Source: Squalus acanthias (Eukaryota). Taken from it: a DNA stretch of 64,000 nt. Where the stretch lies: the NCBI GenBank assembly GCA_030390025.1, contig JASTWF010000333.1, forward strand, positions 1 to 64,000, in the 5' to 3' direction. A model generated the notes under the pieces. That model searched no databases. It was not told the origin of the DNA and was given only the letters and a program-made list of their open reading frames with translations. Positions 12,947 to 24,397 of the stretch are shown in pieces; position 1 is the stretch's first letter; each line of letters begins with the position of its first letter. A program made the position numbers and the translations under genes.

Positions 12947-13343
12947 ATTTTAAAATTCTCATCCTTGTTTTCAAATCCCTCCATGACCTCGCCCCTCCCT
13001 ATCTCTGTAACCTCCTCCAGTCCTACAACCCTCTGAGATATCTGCGCTCCTCCAATTCTGGCCTCTTGAGCAACCCTGATTTTAATCACTCCACTATTGG
13101 TGGCTGTGCCTTCAGCTGCCAAGACCTTAAGCTCTGGAATTCCCTCCCTAAACCGCTCCACCTCGCTACTTCTCTTTCCTCCTTTAAGACGCTCCTTAAA
13201 ACCTAACTCTTTGACCAAGCTTTTGGTCACCTGCCCTAATATCTCCTTATGTGGCTCGGTGTCAAATTTTGTTTGGTAACGCTCCTGTGAAGCGCCTTGG
13301 GATGTTTTAAAGGCACTATATAAATACAAGTTGTTGTTGTTGT
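12947..13343 (+). mobile_element. L2 LINE 3' fragment inserted in Harbinger relic A
   Basis: L2 3' sequence with (TTG)n tail; ATCTCA at 12941-12946 and 13344-13349. Confidence 0.85.
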
Positions 13344-14889
13344 ATCTCAGAGACGGAATGGCTGCTGGCTGTGCCTCTTGTGCTGTGGCGTAGGCAGGCT
13401 AGTCCTATGACCTTTCTGTCACATGTGCAGGCCTTGAAGGGGGTTGATGGGAATACCCGCATGCTCTGCTACCCTGAGAGTCATCATCCAAGCCCATTCT
13501 TGCCATGTCACTGGGCACTGGCTCAGCATGGCCACTGATCTGCAGGCAACCAGTGACAAGATAAGTGTAACTCTGTATAATGCCTGTCTGCAACCCAGCC
13601 CTAATAATTTGGAGGCCAAATCTGGCACCCCAGACCTCAATGGCAAGAGTCTAAGTATCCATGGAAGAAGCAGGCTGCCCTTGGGGCCTCTGTCATGAGG
13701 GTGTCCGCTGTAGATGTTCCTGGAGCTGTCACTTACTCTGTGGTAGAGTGCAGAGTTACACATTTGTGCTTCAATGTCCTGCATATTCTGCTAGGGGATT
13801 CTTCCAATTTAGACAGCACTGCAGCACATTCTCTGGGATGGCCCTCAATGCTCACAACAATGCTTGATGCTCTGCAAATATTGTTCTTCTTAAAGCAGGG
13901 CCGACGAGACCCAGATCGTCATGTTCTTCAGCGGAGAGAGTACGCAAACTCATGGTCCAGACAGTGTTGTCTTGCTATTCATGTCACCAGCAGCTGCTGT
14001 TGTTCACTCATGTGTCATCCAGTGCTTTCCCTTCCGGCTCGCTTTCTAATTCCCCCGGGCTGCACGTCTCTGAATGAGTGTTTGGGAAGGATATAACGTG
14101 ACGGTGTGTGATGTAAAGCCCTGGGAGGGCCGGATGTACTGGAGACTGTGTGTTCTTCCTCAGTCACATCTCGAGAAGAAAAGAGGAAGCGAGATTACCA
14201 TAGTTTCCTGATGAGCAGAATTTGTATATCATTTACAGTAGAAGGGGTGACACAATTTCATGATGTGGTTTGCTGTCAGTTCATTTGAAATACAATAGAA
14301 TGAGAAGGAAGAGAACCAGGCATCGATCACAAATACACAGCTGCACATCGCCTCCGAATTTCCCATCCCTGACAGACACAATGACCTCCTTGTTCAATTT
14401 GAAGCACTTCTTTCTAATAGGGGATGAGCGGTCTGAGGTTTTTTGGGGGCGGGGGGGGGGGGGGGCAACACCTGTTGCAGCTCTTTATCGAGTATTATGG
14501 GCTGTTTTTTCCTTGAAGAAGATGGCGCAGACTCAATGGGCCGAATGGCCTCCTTCTGTGCTGTACTAGTCTATGAATACAAAAGTGAGAATTACCTTTT
14601 GTTGCCATATGCAGCAAAAGCCAGATATCATCATGCAGCCCATAATGGACGTGACGGCAGGTGCTTTTGACGAGCAATTATATTCCATTCGAGCTTCTTG
14701 TCAAGTGAAAACATGTAAGGATATGAGTGAAGAAACACCAAGGTGAATGCTGGGGGTGTAAAGGCACTGCTTATCGCATTGATGGTAAGCAGTTAAAACA
14801 CTTTGACACAGTGTGAGGTGGAGCTTATTATAAATGGCAGACATGCGCAGTACAGTGCATTCATAGAAGGTGAGTCTGGCTCTACTTGC

Positions 14890-16010
14890 ATTGCCTGACC
14901 TGGTGACGTCACTAAACCTCTTGATGTACTACCTGGTCATGTGTTGGGTGTCAAATTGACATGGCCTGCCCTGATCATCACCTTCCATTTGTCATGCTGC
15001 TTGTCTGACATCCAGTCCTGGATGAGCGGAAATTTCCTCCCAACTAACTATTGGGAAGACCGAAGCCACTGTCTTCGCTCTCCACCACAAACTCTATTAT
15101 CTAGCTACTAACTCCATCACTCCCCTTGGTCACAGTCTGAGGCTGAATCAGACCGTTCGCAACCTTGGGGTTCTATTTGACCACAAGATGAGCTTCCGAC
15201 CACATATCCGCTCCATCACCAAAACCACCTACTTCCATCTTTGTAACATCACCCGTCTCCGCCCTGCCTCAGCTCATCTGCTGCTGAAATCCTCATTCAT
15301 GCCTCTAGACTTGACTATGCCAATGCTATTCTGGTCAGTCTCCCATCTTCTACCCTCCATAAACTTGAACTCATCCAAAACTATGTTGCCCATATGCTAA
15401 CTCGCACCAAGTCCCGTTAACTCATCGCCCCTGTGCTCGCTGACCTACAATGGTTCCTGGTCCAGCAACACCTCAATTTTAAAATTCTCACCCTTGTTTT
15501 CAAGTGCCTCCATGGCCTCGCCCCTCCCTCTGTAGCCTCCTCCAGCCCCACAACCCTTCAAGATCTCTGCACTCCTTAAATTCTGACTCTTGAGCATCCC
15601 CGATTTTAAATCGCTCCACCATTGGTGGCCATGCCTTCAGCTACCTTGGCCCTCAGCTCTGGAATTCCCTCCCTAAACCTCTCCATTTCTCTATCTCTCT
15701 CTCCTCCTTTAAGATGTTCCTTAAAATCTACCTCTTTGACCAAGTTTTTTGTCACCTGTCTTAATATTTCTTAATGTGGCTCAGATCAAATTTTGTTTGG
15801 TAATGCTCGTGTGAAGTGCCTCGGGATGTTTTACTACATTTAAGGCACTATATAAATGCAATTTATTGTTGTTGTTGTTCCATTCCCTCTGGCAGCTCTC
15901 TCAGGGGTCCTGCGGCCCTCCATGCTAAACAGTGTCTCCATCTCCTGTCTCACTTCGAGGACAACAGCATTTTCACTGCTACATCCGTGAACCTGGGGAC
16001 TCTCCACCAA
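14890..16010 (-). pseudogene. Degraded Myb/SANT-like ORF of Harbinger relic A, split by L2
   Basis: - strand RVPRFTDVAVKMLL..EVRQEMETLFSMEGRR (about 16005-15910); QREWKVM after removing the L2; KRFSDVTRSG (about 14925-14895). Confidence 0.55.
14990..15877 (+). mobile_element. L2 LINE 3' fragment (about 0.9 kb)
   Basis: ORF 15188-15400 (FRPHIRSITKTTYFHL); (TTG)n tail; TTCCATT at 14983-14989 and 15878-15884. Confidence 0.9.
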
Positions 16011-17626
16011 TCTGCAGGCCTAAACTTAGCTGAACTTTGCTGCTGCAAAAGCAATTGCAATGATGCCTTCCCCTTTAAGCTGCTGCAGGCCTTTAAATGC
16101 CAACGCTCCCAAACAGAAATGTTTCCAATGCCTGGAGCTCACCCGCAATATTATAATGAAGCTGACCCCAGAAACTACGGCAGGGTCAGAGTTCATGATG
16201 TCAGCCAAATGCGAAGCACACTCTGCCCCACTTCCACTCGAGTCTTCGCCCAATCTGAAAATCCAGGCTTGAGTGTCAACAGGCTTTCACATTATGGGAC
16301 GAACTTAATCCCCTTCTCACATGATCCACAGAAACACCCTTCCAACAAGGGTCACTGAATAACAATTGGAAATGGGAACCATAAGCACATTTTCTCTTCC
16401 CTTCCCCAGGCAAAGTTAAGTTCATTTGTGTCCCACCATTGTCAACTTAGGCATAGAGCAGTGACTGAGCCTGGGACTTTCCTGGTCTGTGAGGTTCAAT
16501 ACTGCATCACGTGGAGCCTGAGCCCACAGAGTTATCTGAGAAGTCTGGTGCGTGGGCACTCATTTATGAGTTACAGTTTTATTTTTACCTGTTCAAAAAT
16601 GTCCTCATGGAAATGTCCATGATTAATCTCCATAAACTTCCTAACCAATTCACTACTGCCTGCTACACTGTAGGTTGGCACTTCCTTGTATAGAAGGAAT
16701 ATAAATTCAAGCTCTCACACTATAAACATTCTAGAAAAGGAAATCCTGTTACTGACTAACCACTGTAGTCAGAAATCTGCCCCTTATCCTATCTGGACAG
16801 ATGCAGTGCTCAGAACATTTGTGTACAGATTATCTATTCTATAATGTTAACTGATGAGCACTATTCTGGTTATAAGTCATTTAAAAGGAGAGTCACTACT
16901 GATACGTATAAACTGATCAAAAACTATTCATAAGTTTTTCATAGATATACAAGACACTGAACACGTAATTAAGTGGGATTTTTTTTTCTGTTTTTCTCCT
17001 TTTACTCCTCCTCAGTGTAGGGACAGACACTAGAACATGGTTTATTTCTTCCTGAATCTATATTTTTCTTTAAAAAAAATGAACTTGAAAATTTGTTGCT
17101 CACCTTTCCTATTCCTCCCATCATTCATTTTGGAAGTGGGATTAAAAAAAAATTAAATGGCCATTTCATTGGCTGAAAATAATTTTTTACGGCCATTTTC
17201 TTATCCAGTCACAAGTGCAGCGCATAATGATTGCAACAGAGCTGGATCGAGGACAATTTTTTGAGAGGTGACAAGTATCAAATACATAAGGGTTCTGCCA
17301 AACAAGTATATTCATTGGTAATCTCTGGAGCTTGACTGTACTGCAGATGAGTAATTGCTGTAAATGTTACTTTTCTACCGTGTGATCTATTTGATATGGA
17401 AGGTTACTATACATTACAATTCTATCATTTTCAAATGGCAAGTGTTTCTGGTTCATTTCCCTTTGCACCCTTGGTACAAAATTTTGCTTTCCAACGTACC
17501 TTTTCGAACAATATATTAAAATGGGCCACTTTTCAATTTCTGATGGCCCACTGCTAATGGCTGGCCTACTGGCACATTGCCAACATCCCCCATAAGCCAG
17601 GCGCTGTGTGACCAAAGACATCATGT

Positions 17627-17935
17627 GCCCGTCTTTCAGATTAGATGTTAAACCGAGGCCCTGTCTTCCCTCTCAGGTGGACGTAAAAGATCCCATGGCA
17701 CTATTTCGAAGAAGAGCAGGGGTGTTTTCCCTGATGTCCTGGCCAACATTTATCCCTCAACCAACACCTAAAACAGATGATCTGGTCATTTATTTCATTG
17801 CTGTTTGTGGGAGCCAGCAATGCACAAATTGGCTGCCGCATTGCTTACATTACAACAGCGACAACACTTCAAAAGCACTTTGGGATGCCCTGTGGTCGTG
17901 AAAGACGGTGTATAAATGCAAGTTCTTTCTTTTTT
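17627..17935 (+). mobile_element. Deu-domain SINE fragment (SacSINE1/AmnSINE1-like)
   Basis: GATGTTAAACCGAGGCCCTGTC...GTAAAAGATCCCATGGCACTATTTCGAAGAAGAGCAGGGG core; L2-like 3' end TATAAATGCAAGTTCTTTC; homologous to 55781-56246. Confidence 0.7.
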
Positions 17936-17969
17936 AACCCACTTCCCTCTGGAAGCTCTCAAAGTTATA

Positions 17970-18861
17970 GGGGTAAAAATTCACTTGGTTGCGCCTCCAG
18001 TTAGCGCCTTAAGAGGGCGCTAATGGGGCGCAAAGCCGCTAACGCCCGGGCGCAGCGATGTTTGCGCCGCTCGAGAACTTAACTTGAGATTGTGCGGCGG
18101 CACTAAAACTTACCGCTGCGACCACCTGCGCGCGCAGATTGTGACGTCATTCCATGGTGCAACGCCCTTGTGGCGCCCCGGAGCGGAAATTGAGTGGCGC
18201 CCCCTGCCTTACTGCCTGGCGCATCCAACGACCAGAAGACTGGAACGCTATCAATCGCTGTGGGGCTGGGGGGGGCCACTATTTAAAGGGGGCCTCTTCC
18301 TGGCTTTTATTGTTGGTGGCATTTTTGAACTACGCATTCTGAGAGAGAGGGAGAGACTTCTGGAGAGATTCAACGTTGTGTGAAGGAGTTTTGGGTACTG
18401 AGCAGCACTTTGCAGGTTCATTTTGATTTGCCATTCCTTGTATCGATTTAGCAGAGACTGTGGGAGCTGCACTCTGAGCTCTTTGCCTGGTACTCTCCAT
18501 TGTTCTTTCCAGCACATTTGATGTGCAAGTCTCTCCAGGCCGAGATTCAAGGCTGCAATGAACAGGATGTGGATGGAAAGCAAGATTAACCATCCCCTTT
18601 AAGAACTGGCCCGTGCCATTGTGTGTGTGTTTCATTGCTGACTGACATTACATGAGCTTCGCCAGCGCTCTGAGTTAGCGCCTCACTCCTTGGCCTTTGC
18701 GCCTTAAGACAGGTGTGCAGCGCCTGCTTTAGCGCTCCACTCGCCTCCCGGGGCGGTAAAAGTGAAGTTTCCTGTCAGTGCCGATAATTAGCGCCAGGCG
18801 CTAATATTTGCGTCCAGACGATATTTGCGCCCCAAATGGGGCGCGACCTAATTTCTACCCC
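17970..18861. mobile_element. Non-autonomous Harbinger-type element
   Basis: TIRs GGGGTAAAAATT and rc GGGGTAGAAATT; ATA on both flanks (17967-17969, 18862-18864). Confidence 0.85.
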
Positions 18862-20483
18862 ATAGAGTCATAGGGGTAGAAATTAGGTCGCGCCCCATCT
18901 GGTGCACCTCTATCAAATCACCCCTCAACCTCCTTTGCTCTAATGAAAACAATCCAGTTTCTCCAACCTGTCTTTGTAGTTATAATGATGCAGCCAAAAA
19001 GATCCCAAGAGTCATCAATTTCAACCTTTCCCTCAACCAGAGCAGTGCAGGAATAACTGTGGCTCCAGCTTGCCTTGCTGTTTAAATGCGGGGTGATGCT
19101 GCATTAGGTGCAATTATATATGAAGACGGTGTAGATTGGTTATAATTCAGTTCCAAGCAAAGCCAGGAAACATGGCCGAACGTATTTAAAAGATTAAACA
19201 AAGCCAATTTAATTTGATAGCTAACAGACATCACATTGTGAAAATCCTAAACCATCTGTCCATTGTAGCAATTGGCATGCCTTAATCTCACCTTTTCAGG
19301 TTCAGCAATTAACACCACACTGAGGATTTTGTTTGGAGACCTAGGTGATTAATGGGGGCAAACTGCACTATAAAGTGCTGAAAAATCACCATAGATCAGG
19401 GGGTACACTAGAGCTGGAAATAACCATTTATTAACAAACTCATGTTTTCTGTCATAAAATGAATGTTGGAGAATGATACATAGATGCTTAGAATCTCAGT
19501 TAATAGACTGGCCTCTGTCTATGAGACAGATCCCCCCCAAAATAAACTACTTTCATAAACAAAGCAAAATCTATACAAATGTGATTCAAAAGACATACTG
19601 CACATTGTAAAAATCATGATCACAGCTCAAAGGCACTTTGAGGTACATCATTCCAGGCAGTGTTGGCGTCATTACATTCAAACGTGGCACTTTGAAGGGA
19701 TGCTACATTGATACTGAGGTACAATGTTAGTGTTGCCACTAATGCATTAATTTCTGTACACAACATTGCACTTGAATGAATGCTACATTGATGTTGAGTA
19801 ACACAGCTTCCAATTAGTTTTGGCACTTGATACACTCATTTCTGTCCAAAACTTTTAGAAGGGGGCAACATATACATTGGGGTACATAGTTTCCCTTTGT
19901 CTATGAGACAAATGAAATATGTGACCATGGGCAGTAGTTTATTAATACCCTCTTTATGTAATCCATTTCTCCTTTTTGTTGGGTGAAACTACCCTGTTAG
20001 TTGGCAGTGAGTTGTATCACAAACAGTCAGGGAAAGAGGATGGGCACAGTTGGCAAAAGAAACACATGGCTGCTGCTATTTTACTGGTTTACAGCCTCTG
20101 AAGTCCTCCTAGTGTTCTGAAAGCAACTGAAGTGAGACCTACACGTATCATGGCTCCTCCTTCTATTTGTGAAAAAATTGCCCCAATACGTATATTAAGT
20201 GTTCATAAAAACCTGTGCATGTACCAACAAGGGTGTCCAACCTGCAACCCTAGTGCTACACGTAGCCACCAAACCCTGGCAAGCCAATCCTCGATGCCCA
20301 GGCCATTCAGTCCTATTTGTAATCACATTTCTTATTCACTGGCGTACCTTGTTTGAATTTGGTGCATCTGGTGGTTTGGAATGGGCTTTTTTTTAACCAC
20401 TATTGCTTCATTAGAGGATATATCCTAAATCAGAACACCAGAATCTGTCAGTATCAGTGACGGGAGATCTAACAGGGAACGCA

Positions 20484-20848
20484 GCCTAGGCCCTAAGCTC
20501 TGGAATTCCATTCCATAGACCTCTCCTCCGCACTACCTCTCTCTCCTCCTTTAAGACCAGTATTAATGGATTAGATACAACTCGAAAATAAAAGGGGAAA
20601 CCAACACAGCGGCATTTGAAAATAATATTGGAGCTGGCACCCTGGCTAATTTTCTCGTCTATAACCCAGGGGCACTCCTTTCCTCCTTGAAGATGCTCCT
20701 TAAAACCTACTTCTTTGACCAAGCTTTTGGTCACCTGCCCTAATATCTTCTTATGTGCCTCAGTGTCAAATTTTGTTTGATAACGGTCCTGTCAAGCACC
20801 TTGGGATGTTTTACCAAGTTAAAGGCGCTATATAAATGCAAGTTGTTC
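20484..20848 (+). mobile_element. L2 3' fragment with about 125 bp of unrelated filler
   Basis: L2 3' sequence at 20484-20556 and 20680-20848. Confidence 0.7.
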
Positions 20849-21376
20849 TCCATACGTGGCTCCCGAAGTTGCATATTACGCACTGACGTAAGAAAACTAC
20901 TAGGCACTTGTCTAAGCGTTAAACAAAGCTTTAATCAACTGTTTTTCAACTAGGAGATCTAGTTGTGTCTTTCACTAGCTCCTGTTAAGGAATGTCCTGA
21001 GCAAGCTGGGCCCATGCCCCGAGTACTTATACTCTCCCTGGACAGCGCCACCAGCAGGCCGCCCAGTATTACTTCATAAGTCATTTCCACATGAATGACA
21101 AGATTCATGTCACGCACCATATGTGGCCCACAAGGACAACAGCTTGCACACTCTCGCACTACTGGAAGTATTTTCTTAAATCTTTTACTCCTACATTTTT
21201 TAGAGCGATACCTTCCACTCAGTTGGCACATAGAAGAAGGGCCTGAAAATAAACCTTGGATTAAAGTCCATGTACAAACAGGAAGGGCTGAGGCAGGCAG
21301 GGGACAGGACGGTTGCTGGTCCTTATTTTAATTACCTCAAATTTGCTTACAACTTTTGCCATAGCTTAAGAACATG

Positions 21377-21510
21377 GTGGGTGAAATTAGACTTCGGCAG
21401 TAGAGAAGAATGGGCCTTTAATGTAAAAGAATATCAAGCAGGTTGGTAAAACAGGCTGCCGATTCAATATCGGCCATTTTGCGCTACCTCCGAACTGGAA
21501 TTTTGCCCCT
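21377..21510. mobile_element. Short MITE (about 130 bp)
   Basis: GTGGGTGAAATT...AATTTTGCCCCT ends; GGCTGCCGATTC...TTTTGCGCTACC also seen at about 43270-43305. Confidence 0.55.
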
Positions 21511-22046
21511 ATTAAGTCCATCAGATCCCCTTATGCAGACTCCAACATGGTTATTCTATCATGGACTTTCCTCCCTCCGCGCCTACTCACCACCACTTGT
21601 TGATCCCCTATTTAAAGGTACAATAAATTCCTTGTCCTAACTTTCCAGGGGGAAAAAAATGCAATCCACCTCCCTTTTGAAGGCATCAAGCCTATAACAG
21701 TAGAAAAGCAAAATAGTGGCTAAAACTCCTGGCTTTTAATTTTAACAACCCACTAAAAAGGTGGGGTTTATTCAACAGAAAATGTTTTGCTTCAATCTGT
21801 GCTTACAATTGCTGGTCTCTCTTTGAAAATGTTCCTTTGAGGGAACCAGTCATATATTATGTTAAAAATGTCAATAAAATAGCCCAGAAAGTGAGATTTT
21901 TTTCACTGTTACAATCAAATGATAATGAGTGCATGTGACTTGAGCATAGTTAGAGCACCGGGCAATGTATAATCTCTGTGTATGCACTGTGTAATGGTGG
22001 ATGATTGTACTGGGAATTTGCCACTCAACGGATGCTTGTGTTTAGT

Positions 22047-22432
22047 TTCCGTTCATTCACAGGATGTGGGCGATACTGGCAAAGGCCAGCATTTATTGAC
22101 CATCCTAATTGCCCTGAGTGGCTTGCTAGGCCTTTTTCAGAGGACTGTTAAGAGTCAACCACATTGCTGTGGGTCTGGAGTCACATATAGGCCAGACCAG
22201 GTAAGGGACGGCAGATTTTCCTTCCTAAAGGACATTAGTGAGCCAGGTAGGTTTTTACGACAGTCCGGTAGTTTCATGGTCACCATTACTGATACTAGCT
22301 TTTTATTCCAGATTTATTTATTAACTGAATTTAAATTCCCCATTGTCGCGGTGGGATTTGAACTCATGTCGCAGGATCATTGAGTCCAGGCCTCTGGATT
22401 ACTAGTCCAGTGACATAACACTATGTTACCGT
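22047..22432 (-). mobile_element. tRNA-head SINE sharing its 3' tail with the LINE at 3422-4955
   Basis: - strand head with B-box-like GAGTTCAAATCCC; tail GGGCAATTAGGATGGTCAATAAATGCTGGCC...GCCCACATCCTGTGAATGAA. Confidence 0.7.
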
Positions 22433-23519
22433 TCTCGGAATAGTATTTCCAGCATTTCCTTTTTTTGAAATTTCAGACCGTGATCGCACCTGGGATCTTG
22501 CTGGTCTGTACTGCCCCCACTATCCGACCACATGATGGATTTACCCACCGCGGCTGAATTCTATCATAAGGCAGAATGTTTCATCACCGACTCTGAGTGG
22601 GGAAAATTCAGCCGGTGATTGCTGGTTGACGGTTTTGTGGTCTGTTTCAAAACCATTCGAAAGAATTTGGAGACTGCGAAGGGGGAATTTAGGGTCATTG
22701 TGCACAGATGAACTAGGACGGAATGGCCTTACTTATCCGTAAATGTCTTGTGATTTTGCAATGAAAGTGAAGTGTTGCTTTTTGGAGGGGTACTTTTTTA
22801 TGTCTTTTCAAACCATACATGCCTATTTTTAGGAAGCAAAACGCACTCAGTAAATTTGGCAGAATTAAATAGAAAGCGCGTACATCCCCCCTTAATTCTT
22901 CGTCATCGAAGCTATTGAAAGTAAAAGAATAAAATACCCATACCTGTAATGTCATACAAGTAATGAACTCAAAGGTGTATATTCATCCAGGTTTTCCCCT
23001 CTGTTTTCTCCCTCCTCTCCTGACTGTTGCAGGGGAACAGTTCTACAGGTGCCTGTAGCACCGAGGCGATAGAGATTTTGTGCATGTGTGGACATTGGAC
23101 AGGAACAGGATTAGCTGCGATGGCCCCCATGGTCAAATAGCCAACCAAGATTCACTGCCCAGGAATCTTTGGATGAGGATACCGGAAGGCCCATGGACTG
23201 TACCCCAGCATGAGTCACCAAATTCAGGGAAAGGAGGTGTAAAGGAGGAGAACGTGAGGAATGAAAAAGGAATTGAATAAATGTCAAGTCCAACTATTTT
23301 GCACAAGCCTATACCTCACAGTAAATTACAGCATTTAAAAGTTCCAATCGTAAACATAATTTAAATAACCATATTTGGTCACTCATTCTGCAACAACAGC
23401 CTGTCTTTCTGTGTTGTAGAGAAGCCAAGGGTGAAGGGCCAAGGAGTTCAGTGCGAGTAAAAGGGGAGGGGAAGTAAATCAGGAAGTAGTGGCTAGGTGA
23501 CGGCAAGCTTGGGGTTTTT

Positions 23520-24397
23520 AAAAGTCTGAGAAGAATCGTAGGAGGTTAACTAGTGCTGTGGGGGAAGGTTCAAAACTAATTTGGCAGGGGGGAGGCAAAT
23601 CAGGATGTAGCAACAGAGAGGAGAGACAAGGTGCTTAGAAAATCTAAATCGTTACTATTTTGTGTGGGGGGGGTGGGGGGGGGAGGGAGGTGGGGGAAGC
23701 AGGAGCAGAGGGACCTGGGCTGCATATTCACAAATCTTTGAAGGTGGAAAGGGCAAGTTGATAAGGCAGTTACAAAAATTGTATGGGATACTTGGCTTTG
23801 TAAATAGGGGGTATTGATACCAAAACAAGGAAGTCATGCTGACCCTTTACAAACCACTGTACTCCACTGGAGTATTGTGTACAATTCGGAGCATCACGAT
23901 TTAGAAGGATTGTCAAGTCCTTGAAGAGGGTACAGAGGAGACTTACTTGGATGATACAGGGATGAGGGACTTCAGTCATGTGGAGAGATTGTTCTCCTTA
24001 CAGAGAGAAGGATAAGGGGAGACCTAATAGAGGTTATTCAAAATTATAAGGGGTTTTGATAGAACAAGTAAGGACAAACGGTTTTCCTCTGGCAAGTGGG
24101 TCAGTAACCAGAGGTCACAGATTAAAAATAATTGGCAAAAGAACTAGAGGGAAAATGAGGAGAATTGTTTTCACATAGAGGGTTGTTAAGATCTGGAAAT
24201 GCACTACCTGAAAGGGTCGTGGAAGCAGATCCATAGGAACTTTCAAAAGGCAATTGGACATGTAGTTGAAGAGGACTAATTTGAAGGGGTATGGGAAAAA
24301 GCAGGGGGTGTGGGACTAAATTGGACAGCTCTTTCAAAGAGCCGGCACAGGCACGATGGGCCTGAATGGCCTCCTTCTGTGTTGTAAGATTCTATGA
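23520..24397 (+). mobile_element. Degraded CR1 LINE fragment
   Basis: Homology to CR1 RT C-terminus (CTGGAGTATTGTGTACAATT, GTACAGAGGAGACTTAC) and 3' end GGGCCTGAATGGCCTCCTTCTGTGTTGTAAGATTCTATG. Confidence 0.75.

Larger units (their letters stand above)
11400..16269. mobile_element. Old PIF/Harbinger transposon relic A (transposase +, Myb-like -), interrupted by two L2 insertions
   Basis: HARBI1-like motifs on +, Myb/SANT-like motifs on -, candidate right TIR AAAATCCAGGC at about 16258-16268. Left boundary not located. Confidence 0.6.

Noticed and set aside
14205..14230. CTGATGAG as another hammerhead core
   Set aside because: No stem II followed by GAAA and no stem I complement.
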